A stretch of DNA of 33,772 nucleotides from Octopus bimaculoides. Lineage: Eukaryota. A program made the position numbers and the translations under genes. Positions 11,518 to 21,277 of the stretch are shown here, piece by piece. Every line of letters begins with the position of its first letter. The first letter of the stretch is position 1. Location: contig NC_068983.1 in assembly GCF_001194135.2 (NCBI RefSeq), positions 112,766,864 through 112,800,635 on the forward strand, in the 5' to 3' direction. The notes under the pieces were generated by a model, which was given only the letters and a program-made list of their open reading frames with translations, searched no databases and had not been told where the DNA came from.

Positions 11518-11860
11518 CAAGTTGTGCTCAGCAAGGGTCTATATGACCCCTGGGGTCCATGTAAGGCTTTTGAGGGTTCACACAAGCAAAATAAGTAAAC
11601 TGGGGATGATCCACAGTAGTATTTTAGAGTTCCATGAAAAGATTTTGCTTTAGATGGATTTGTTGCAAGAAACAATGAGGTTTCTTTCTCTGATGTTTTT
11701 TTATAGTTAAGCTTACACAAATTGATGTGTGAAAAACAAAATAGGAATTTTGAATGAAGTGTCAATAGAAGTAGTTTTTAAACAATGAATGGCTCTTGGG
11801 GTCAACCAGAATAAAATAGTAATCAAGGGGTTTGTTGATAAAAATAGTTGAGAAACAGTG
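11518..11860. mobile_element. Degraded hAT (Charlie-like) MITE
   Basis: Left end 'caagttgtgctcagcaagggtctatatgacccctggggtccat' and right end 'aggggttt..aaaatagttgagaaacagtg' resemble cagtggttctcaacc/ggttgagaaccactg-type TIRs with the usual ggggtcc subterminal motifs. Confidence 0.55.
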
Positions 11861-12089
11861 ACCCAGACAAAATCTTCTGAGTTTACTGCAGGAATGTCTA
11901 CAGGACAAATGAGAATGCAGAGGCAACTGTGTATTGACTTGATGTCATGCAACAGAGTAAACTCTACTACTGGAATCCAAGAACCAGATGGTGATGTTAA
12001 TCCATTCGGCTTTGAAAGTAAAAAGTGACTAACATTTACATGTTAATTAAGAGCCTGTTCTGTTTACAAAAACCAACAGTGTACCACCA

Positions 12090-12295
12090 TGGGAAATTTT
12101 ATCCAAAACAAATGTTTTCTTTTTTTTTTTTTGGCTATCTTTTTGCTATTTAGATATCAGCTGTATAACTGGGAAGTGTGCATTACATTAACCTTTCAAC
12201 AACAGCAAACAATACAATGTGCTGCAACTTATATAATGCAATGCTGTTTATATAGCCTGAGTTTTGAATTAGTAAAACTCACTTTATTCATTCAC
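12090..12295 (+). repeat. Unclassified element, copy 2 (see 10700-10885)
   Basis: Same conserved blocks as copy 1, with an insertion of about 12 nt after tgcattaca. Confidence 0.75.
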
Positions 12296-12644
12296 ATCAT
12301 AATAGAGCAATATAAAATATGAAAAGATCTACATAACATAAGAAATATTTACATTTCAAGGAAATGCTACACATGATCTGCATTATCATCTAGTTCAATT
12401 TCATGTGCTTAGGATATCATAATTACAAAAGATCAAAAACTCCATATGCTTCAGATTCATGAATTCATTTTAAGTCAAGGGTAAAAGAGCTGCATCATCA
12501 GTATTGAAAGTAAATAAAAAAATAAAACTGAATTACTCAAAAAGTCTGACATGAAACTATGGGATGATAAAAGAATAAAGAAACAGGATGAAAAAATAGA
12601 TGTAATCCTATGAAACATTTAATAGCAAATACTATTTAATACCT

Positions 12645-12945
12645 TTGTAGGTTAGTGGTTAGGGTATTCAGATCATGATTGTAAGGTCATAAGTTCAATT
12701 TCTGGCCTTGCATTGTGTCCTCGTGCAAAATACTTTATTTCATGTTGCTCAGTCCACACAGCTGGTAGAAATGAGTTGTACCTGTAATATGAAGGACCTG
12801 TGTCATGTTGAAAATGCTCGAGAACTACGTTAAGGGTACATGTGTTTGTGAAGTGCTCAGTCACTTGCATGTTAATTTCATAAGCAGGCTGTTCCATTGA
12901 TTGGATCAACTGGAACCCTTATCATCATAACCAAAGGGGTGCTAG
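12645..12945 (+). mobile_element. tRNA-derived SINE 'B': head and core as at 2896, 3' half as at 25374
   Basis: Head 'tagtggttagg..aagttcaatt' and core 'gtgtcctcgtgcaaaatactttatttcatgttgctcagtccacacagctgg'. The 3' half 'gagaactacgttaagggtaca..gcaggctgttcc.ttgat.ggatcaactggaaccct' matches 25625-25727. Confidence 0.82.
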
Positions 12946-13710
12946 TTACTTTTGCACAACTCCAAATATTCCCATGATTACTAAAACATACATATTAAAT
13001 TTTAAAATAAATGCATCAACATGTAGTGTTACCATAAGAAATTAAAGTGTATATTTTCTGTGTTTCCAGGTCACCATAACAGAAGAGATGGTTTATCTTT
13101 TGTCATGGCAGTATTACTGTATTAAAATAAAAGTTAATAATAATATCCCCAATGAAGATATCAGACACTGTCGACTTTAAAGATGTCCAAATACTTCATG
13201 TCTTTAAAAAAAAATAACTTTGATTTCTATTTTCAGCATGGAATTTATTTCTTCAACTCATTAAAAACTTTCTAATGACATGTGAACGAGAACAGAAACA
13301 AGCTAATTACAAATAATTACAAGACAACAATCAACATAACACAATGATACCTGTCAAAACTCAGATTTGGAAGTCTGTTAAAATATTTTGTAGTCATACC
13401 TTAGGAATAATGAAACATTTACAGAAGCTGAATGCAGAAACTATAAAATTGATGAACATTAGAAGTAATCAAGGATAGAAATAGATGAAAATAATTTTCT
13501 TTGTTGATTGAATGTAAGAAATATTCCATGAACGTTATTTATAAATATAATTTAACTAGTTTGAAAATATAGCAGTTACAAATAAATAGTTTTCCTCTTT
13601 AGTGTATGCATCCAAATAAGTATCAAATGGAATAAAATTACCTCTATTATGGGTATTTGATGTTTTTTGTAAAATAGACCTTGATATGCAGTTCATAATA
13701 ATTCTTTTGA

Positions 13711-13800
13711 TATGTATATATTAATCATAAGTTAATACCAATACAAATTGACATGTATATGTTAATCATAAGTTAATACCAATACAAATTGACAGGTACA
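13711..13800. repeat. 41-bp tandem duplication
   Basis: ttaatcataagttaataccaatacaaattgaca occurs identically at 13721-13753 and 13762-13794. Confidence 0.92.
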
Positions 13801-14089
13801 TATTAATATGTTAGCTAATACTTTATAACAGGCAATAATACATAAAGCTAATGTTTATTTGTTAGGTGTGTTAATTGTAATGTTATCAGTTTCCTAATTT
13901 TCTTCTCTTCAGTTACTTTAACTCACAGGTTACAGTGTATAAATAGACAAAGAAAAAGTGTGAATAGTTATTATAATAATTAGTAAGAAATGCCTGTTTC
14001 GTAGGCAAGTACCAAAGGCCCTCATATATCATATAATTGAAACAAGAAAACAAAAATAACAAGAGCATGATAATAATAATATTGTTGGT

Positions 14090-14816
14090 TCTCTTCGTGT
14101 ATTTGTTTCTGTTTTGGTGCTTTTTGTGGTTGTGGTTGAATGAGTGTGCATTGCTTTTGTTGTTGGGATTTGGGTTAGTTGTGCCAGTGTTCTTAGTGTA
14201 GCCGATGGATTAAATGAATTTTCCTCGTCCTGTCTCTTCACTTTCAGCTTAGGACGGTCTTTTTTGGAACTATTTTTCCGTTTTTCCCAACATAAGTCCT
14301 TCTTTAGGGGATTCAATTCCTTCTCGTTGCATTATAAGGCTTCTGAATCGCCAGTGTCGGTAGTACATGGCGTATCTATGTCACCCGCCTGTAGGGATGG
14401 TCGGGCGTTGCTTGTTTCCACCGCTACAGTTGTTGGTGTCATTGTTGTGGTGGGATTCTGCTGTTGAAATGTTGCTTTAATGGTTGTTGCAGCATTTGGC
14501 CTTCTTGTGGTGGTGGTGGTGGTGGTAGCAGAGCCTCTATTCCTCTAGCTCCATTTTGTTGTTGTTGTAGGCAGATGACCTTCAGATGGGCCTTAGACCC
14601 ATAAGTGTAACACCTTAGCTTTCTGCCTTCTACAACTACTTGAAGTTGTGCCCCGTTGGTCAACTCAATAAGGTCGGGGACCTTATCCAGGGACTCCCGT
14701 TTTACCTGGATCAAAAATTTCCAACCTGATTCCAGACCAGTTCTCCTTCCGATATTTTTTTTAATTTCTAGAAGCGAATCCGGGCCTTCAACCGCAGCGC
14801 ACGCAAATAATGGCAA
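14090..14816 (-). pseudogene. Gag-like/ORF1 relic of a non-LTR (L1/Tx1-type) retroelement, with a degenerate CCHC zinc knuckle
   Basis: ORF 14439..14816 reads W..LIQVKRESLDKVPDLIELTNGAQLQVVVEGRKLRCYTYGSKAHLKVIC. This is an RRM-like segment followed by C-x2-[Y for C]-x4-H-x4-C. A Q/P/T/K-rich low-complexity tail continues, across a frameshift and a stop, into ORF 14029..14316. No ORF2 follows. Confidence 0.7.
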
Positions 14817-14908
14817 TAATAATCGATGGTTGTCATGGAACGTGAAGGTGGATGTGCGGGCCGTGTTTATAATACTATATGTATGTCGTCTGCAGTGGAA
14901 ACAGAGAC

Positions 14909-14987
14909 AGTTTTCACTATGAAGACCTTTTTTGGTCTATCCACTGATATAGTGTTTTACGACCATTAAGGTCTGTAGTGAAAAACT
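14909..14987. ncRNA. Candidate structured RNA hairpin (pre-miRNA-like)
   Basis: Hand folding gives about 28 bp: ag-ttttcactat with gtagtgaaaa-a-ct, agacctt/aaggtct, tggtc/gacca and cact/agtg, closing a 5-nt loop. Function is not demonstrated. Confidence 0.35.
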
Positions 14988-15440
14988 TATCCGTGTGTGA
15001 AAGAAAACGGAAAGGACTTGAATACGATGCTGTTAACGGAGTTAACAACATCGTTGCGCACAAAACGTGAGTCCAAGAAGTAAAGCTTCCTTCAAGGCAG
15101 AGTTAGAAATGCAATTGTCAAGTAGGTAAGAGGTTTTAAGCAGGGACGATATATTCAAAATTGGTAAAATTAAAAATTGTCGAGTATAAACTAAATTCAT
15201 TATTGTTACTGAATATGTTATTTAATTTCTGAACGGTTTTGCTGCCGTTTATTTATGTAGTTTGATTTCTTTATCCATCAGTTTCTACTAAGAGATAGAT
15301 ACGCGAATAAAATTAATAATAGAAAAACGAAAATAAAACTTTGAAAACAGCAACGCCGCCATAGCTTACGTGGAAACCATGAGCGTGCTTTCAAGGGAGA
15401 TAATTAGGGAAAGACTTGAAAGTCAACGTAATATTTCATG
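14930..15440. promoter_or_regulatory. CpG-rich putative promoter / first-exon region, possibly bidirectional
   Basis: CpGs are visibly dense compared with the surrounding non-repeat DNA. Plus-strand donors occur at c|GTGAGT (15067) and ag|GTAAGA (15126), with an ATG at 15109. The minus strand has ATGGCGGCG at 15362. Confidence 0.45.
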
Positions 15441-15464
15441 TAAAGTAAAGTAAATATAACAAAT

Positions 15465-15655
15465 AATCCAGAATCCTCGTCCGGTACCGGATCGATCCTA
15501 AAATCTAATCAGTTCATGCCAGTCACGAGGCCAAACATCTCTGAAAGTTTCATCCGAATCCATTCAGCGGTTCTTGAGATATTTTTCCATGGACAGACAA
15601 ACAAACAAACACGACTAAAAACAACACCTCTGATTTGCTATGGCTGAGGTAATAA
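15465..15655 (+). mobile_element. Helentron-associated (HINE/DINE-1-like) non-autonomous element
   Basis: Contains 'aaagtttcatccgaatccattcagcggttcttgagatat', a short (ACAA)n tract and a 3' palindrome acctc..gaggt followed by an AT run. This is the layout of mollusc and insect HINE-type MITEs. Confidence 0.65.
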
Positions 15656-15671
15656 TAATGATAATAATAAC

Positions 15672-16050
15672 TTGGAAAAAATTAAACTAGAAAGAGGGGA
15701 AAATACAGTCTACCCTGGAAAAGATGGAAAAATACAGACTACTAAACGACGAAAGTGCAAGAAAGTGGCAATGAGGGGAGTAGCTGTAATCCTAGTAGTT
15801 GTAGAGACACTCAGAGCACTAACTGCCAGGTTCAACAAAAAACAGCTCTGTCGGAGACAGCTAGGATTTTGAGATTGGTGCTTGGGTGTCAAGTCTTCTA
15901 TGATAGGTTAACATCCAAGTTTCAAACCTTGTGGAAAGGCATCTTGTAGGACCTCTGACCGCAGGTTTCTGTCGACTCTCACAGAATCAATCGGCACAAG
16001 TGAGACTGAGAGCTCTGAGAAATCAAACAGTAATAATAATAACAATAATA
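15672..16050 (+). mobile_element. 3' end of an R4/Dong-like LINE flanked by (TAA)n on both sides
   Basis: Translation gives EKMEKYRLL.DE.ARKW.MRGV.VI.VVV and QQKTALSETARILRLVLG, followed by a UTR and a (TAA)n tail at 16031-16050. (TAA)n also lies at 15653-15670. Confidence 0.72.
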
Positions 16051-16249
16051 AGCATTTAAAACAGAATACTGATTTCAAAAGTGATTTACATTAGACAAGA
16101 GATAAAACCTATTTACAAATGCTGCATCAATGATTAATGCGTACACAGTTAACTAGTATTATATGATCTTATGCCCAAATAGCCATTGATATTTTTTGTT
16201 CTATTGTGAAACTCTATGCTGAAGATTTTTAATATTTATAAGCAGACTG

Positions 16250-16490
16250 ATGGCATTGGAGTGGCAGAATCTTTAGGGTAATGAGGAAAAAAATTGACTT
16301 GCAGTATGACTTCTAACTGTTTATGTTTTTAGTTCAACTACAGCTGAGACCAACTTTACCTTCCATCTATTCAAGGTAGACAAAAGTAAAGTAGCATTCA
16401 AGTACTGGAGTTGATTCAATTGTCTGTTCTCTCACTGAAATAATTTATAGCTCTCGTGGCTAAATTAGAAATTGATGTTTAAAGTTTACT
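16250..16490 (+). mobile_element. Old CORE-type SINE
   Basis: 'tggcagaatc.ttag..agttcaact..gctgagaccaactttaccttccatct..aaggtagacaaaag..agtactggagttgat' is a diverged version of 25088-25266. Confidence 0.6.
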
Positions 16491-16519
16491 AAACATTTAG
16501 CGATGAATTTTAGATGTCA

Positions 16520-16900
16520 TTTAGCCTATGCTGTCCTATCAGCTTTATCGTTCTTCCACCATTACATTGCTTTTGACTTGACTGGAACTTTGCTACAATG
16601 ACATGTCTGATTTGTAGTCCTGAATATGTTATTTCACAGAAATTCTCAGTTTTCATCTATGCTATAGGTCTCAATATCTTCCTCCCTACAGTCATATGTG
16701 TTAATTAGAATTTCTGTAAATCTATTCCCAATTGCTATGTCCTTTCATGCCAATATTCTCATTCTCCATGCTATCTTTCATTTCTGTATCTGCCAAGCTC
16801 TGACTCTGAAATTGCCAGGCATTAATGTATGTTATGTTATACAATCTTCAGCAGGAACAGTTTTAATATTCAATTCTTTTATGCCCAGGTGGTGCATAAT
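16520..16900 (-). pseudogene. Highly decayed RTE ORF2 fragment (end of the APE endonuclease plus linker)
   Basis: The minus strand gives remnants such as KTVPAEDCI..H.L...NFRVR, RFTEIL, DEN*EFL, C.KVP.K.K..WW and D..I.. These match the RTE EN/linker pattern but contain many stops. Confidence 0.5.
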
Positions 16901-19023
16901 TGTCTGATGAATTTTGACAAATTCACTGATCATATGATATCTTGCTTAAGCCTTTGTAATATTCTTTACTCACCTCCATGCTCATTTCTCTTACTGATGG
17001 ATCTCATAGACACCCAATCATCTGCTTCACAGTTGAGTACATCCCATACAAGGCTTCCAGCTTGTCTAAAGATGTGCTCTTCCAATCTTTATCATAAAGT
17101 TATCAATTGGTGTTGCATAAATAATCTCACTGACTCTTTCATTAACCATATTATTTTGGTATGTGATTCTTATTCATATATATAAAATTTTGTATTCAAA
17201 AGCTACAAATTTCATATATGTTGGTTCTGTGCCAAGATTGAGGTTCACAAAGTAATATTGAGTTTGCCAATTAAAAGTCTTTCATTGACATGTATCTAAA
17301 ACAGGATAGTTTAATTAGAGATGGAATCAAAATTAATCTGTTAACTAAATGTTCAAAGATAGAAATAATGACTAGAAGTTATGTCTGTCAACCCAGTTAT
17401 GAATCTTACTGGTCATTTCAAGTAGTTAGGGGCTATGGTTGTCAATACTAACTCGCATAGTTCAGAATTTGGAGAAAGTATCAAAAGCAAAATGAGAAAT
17501 AGGGTTGATAGAGTTTATATTATAGGGTGAGTGAATGAAAGATTATTCAAATGTATATGTATGTAATGAGAGAAGTCAAAACACTAGTGAGCATGGAAAT
17601 TGCTTGTTAATGAGATTCAAAGGGGAGATGACTTTTTATTACAGCTGATGACTTGTTGCTTTTACTGTATACATACATGCATATATGTATTCAATATATA
17701 CTTCCAAACAGATTAATATTTAATGAAGGAGAGGTGAATACAGACTTTAGACCATATAAAAAAATCTAAAATATTAACTAATGCACGAACAAGACTATTT
17801 GGTACCATAATGGTCTCACAAACTGTAACATAGAATGATATGAACTACATATATTCCCCAGTTGTAATCAAGTAATTTCACTATTTTTCCTTTTTTTTCA
17901 TTTAAACAGTTACTCCTTAACACTTTTGACATTAATTTGCCAAAGACTTCTTCTAGTCCAAAGATACAAACTTCTTGTTTAAAGTGTCCAATATTAAAAT
18001 CTTTCATCAAAACTCCATATCCATTTATTTTCCAAACATTAGCCTAATAATGATTGGGTTATTTTTCTAAATTTTCCATTATCTTCAAAACTAGCTGAAA
18101 TAAAAGCAGTGCATTTCAATAGAAGAGAAAAATGGTAAGAAAAGGGTTAAGTAAAGATAGTGTAGGAATTATGGAATGTAGGGTTTTGAAAATGATAGAA
18201 TATATTAGAACGCAAGTAATTTGGTTTATCTCATGTTTAGGTGGTATACAAGAATTGATGAATCATGTAGACCAATTCACAGAGATTGTTGAATCATAAA
18301 TATAATTTCCTCTGGGTAGGTAATAAATCTGTAACTGCATATATAGTTTATGTTATTAGGAGAATTAATGGCTGCTTAGACAATATAATAGCCACCATAG
18401 TTTCAGAATATTTCTAGGATGGATGAGCTTACTATTAAAAGGAGATATATATCTATCTACTTAATGCTTCAAAGCTTGAGTAAAACAAACCATCATTACA
18501 TTTCTTGAATTTTAGTAATTATCTGGATTATCAAGCCACTTCATGAGAGGAAATACTTTTTAAAAATAAATTTAAAATGAATGTTTGTTATATTGTATAT
18601 TATTCAATCAAAATGAAAAATATTCAAAAAAAATATTCAAAAAAGTTATCTCAAATAAGATATAATTACTAAATAACTGCATCATTAATCAAGATTTTAT
18701 TAATCAACAACTTACAGCAGTTTATTATTGATGTTTTCATTGAATGCTCAAATTATTCATTACTAAAAAAGGAAAAGGAAAAACTATATCTTCTAAAATA
18801 TAAAAATAAAGTGTCTGGAGAAAATAAACTTAATGCAAAAATTTTTTAAAAACATAAAAACTCGCAACTAAATAGATATATAAGATTTGTTAGTTTTTAC
18901 AAAAATAAGATTGCTTTTTCTTCATTATTAGCCATTACTAGGTATTGTAAATATGCCACATAACCATACACAGTTATTTACAATTTTTTTTGTGTGGCAT
19001 ATTAATATACTATGTATATGATA

Positions 19024-19197
19024 TCGCAGGAGTGACTGTGTGGTAAGTAGTTTGCTTACCAACTACATGGTTCCAGGTTCAGTCCCACTGCATAGCACCT
19101 TGCACAAATGTCTTCTTCTATAGCCTCAGGCTGACCAAAGCCTTGTGAATGGATTTGACAGACAGAAACTGAAAAAAACCTGTTGTATATATATGTA

Positions 19198-19236
<39 letters not shown>

Positions 19237-19425
19237 TTTGTGTCTGTGTTTGTCCCACTAACATTGCTTGATGTAAACACATCGCTGGTGTGTTTACATC
19301 CCTGTAACTTAGTGGTTCAGCAAAAGAGGCTGAAAGAATAAGCACTAGGCTTACAAAGAATAAGTCCTGAGGCTGATCGACTTGACAAAAGGTGGTGCTC
19401 CAGCATGGACGCAATCAAATTACTG
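19024..19425 (+). mobile_element. tRNA-derived SINE, family 'A', full length
   Basis: Aligns end to end with 10107-10500 and has an internal (TG)n. Confidence 0.9.
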
Positions 19426-19429
19426 TATG

Positions 19430-19566
19430 TATAACTGTGTATGTTTGAATAAATTTGTGCACATATACATTCATACATATATGAATATACGTAGCATACA
19501 CACACACATACGCTAGCGTGCACACACACACACACTCACGCACGCACGCACGCACACACACTCACA

Positions 19567-19609
<43 letters not shown>

Positions 19610-19620
19610 ACATACATTTA
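19430..19620. repeat. Compound (TA)/(CA)/(CACG)n microsatellite
   Basis: Directly visible. Confidence 0.9.
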
Positions 19621-20129
19621 TATTCTTTGTCTGAATTATAAAAGGAAAGATAAACATGTTTTCATACAGATATTTGAAGAATGTTCAAATTACAATAGAT
19701 CCCATTCTCTTTTAATCTATGCATGAATAAAGAGAAAAGTAAAAATTTATTAAATATAGAAGTATAAATTTCTGTCCAGTTATTATAAAAATTCAAAAGC
19801 AAATGCTAGTTTGCTTTTGAAATTTCATTTCTATAGGGTGGCCAAATTGCAAATTTACCTTAACTTCCAGTTATCTAATTTATAATCTCCACTGTTCTTA
19901 TACTAGACCACCACATTACTTGTAATCTAACTCTATGTCTTAGCATTTAAAGAATTTAAATCACTCCAAGTTGGCCCAAATATTCTATCTGTTTTATGTT
20001 AAACCAAACAGATCTTACCTCTCACACCAATCCTATAAGGTCAATATAAAGATAAATAATGATATAATCTAAATCTTAAAGCTACAAGTTAATGCATGAT
20101 TAATTCAAATCAATGTAAAAAAATAAGCA

Positions 20130-20577
20130 GGTGCAGGAGTGGCTGTGTGGTAAGTAGCTTGCTTACTAACCACATGGTTCCGGGTTCAGTCCCACTGCAT
20201 GGCACCTTGGGCAAGTGCCTTCAACTATAGCCTCGAGCCGACCAAAGCCTTGTGAGTGGATTTGGTAGACGGAAACTGAAAGAAGCCCGTCGTATATATG
20301 TATATATATATAATAATATTAGGGACAAAATCCAAAATTACAGGTAAAAACTCAATTAAAATCAATTTATAGAAAATAGAAATTAAATTGAGCTTTATAG
20401 ATAAAAATATATATAAAATATATAGTTTTAGGGAAAATAACCAAGTTTNNNNNNNNNNNNNNNNNNNNNNNNNNNNNNNNNNNNNNNNNNNNNNNNNNNN
20501 NNNNNNNNNNNNNNNNNNNNNNNNNNNNNNNNNNNNNNNNNNNNNNNNNNNNNNNNNNNNNNNNNNNNNNNNNNNNN

Positions 20578-20616
<39 letters not shown>

Positions 20617-20829
20617 ATATGTTTGTATCTGTGTTTGTCCCCCACCATCGCTTGACAACCGATGCTGGTGTGTTTACGTCCCCGTAACTTAGCGGTTCGG
20701 CACAAGAGACCGATAGAATAAGTACTAGGCTTCCAAAGAATAAGTCCTGGAGTCGATTTGTTCGACCAAAGGCGGTGCTCCAGCATGGCCGCAGTCAAAT
20801 GACTGAAACAAGTAAAAGAGTAAAAGAGT
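20130..20829 (+). mobile_element. tRNA-derived SINE, family 'A' (CpG-retaining, probably young), split by an insert and a gap
   Basis: The 5' half is at 20130-20310 and the 3' half at about 20600-20829. Unrelated AT-rich DNA (20311-20448) and an N gap lie between them. Confidence 0.9.
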
Positions 20830-21277
20830 ATTATATATGACAAAGCAATCTGAATTCTAAAAGATTAGAAGTAATCAAAGTAAGATTTTTATATAGCTAT
20901 AAGCATCCTTCCGACAGGAATTAACCAATTACTTTGGTGCTCAGATTCCTTTTTCAACCCATTTGTGCTTTTTCTTTCTTCTAAGTTAACATTGGCTGTT
21001 CTCATATATGCAACTAAATTCAATCTTGATTCTATACAAATACATCATAATCTCCTCAAATATGCCCCTCACTCTCTGATAATTTGACTACATATTTTTC
21101 ATATAACCACAAGAGAAAATTATAAAAATGACTAGAATACAACATACAGAAAAATGTTCGTCATGCACAAAATGGACACTAAACAGGCTGATGGGTATAT
21201 TGAGCCACATACATTTATACCCCATCATCACTTTAACGGTATGTGCTGCTCTCTCACTCAATAATAATAATAATAAT

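Noticed and set aside
14935-14955. Iron-responsive-element-like CAGTG loop on the minus strand
   Set aside because: The loop is CAGTGG and the 5-bp upper stem has an A-G mismatch. The larger hairpin explains the sequence better.
17816-18040. About 75-codon minus-strand frame containing LMKDFN, similar to the APE 'GDFN' motif
   Set aside because: A single degenerate motif with no other endonuclease residues, so not distinguishable from chance.
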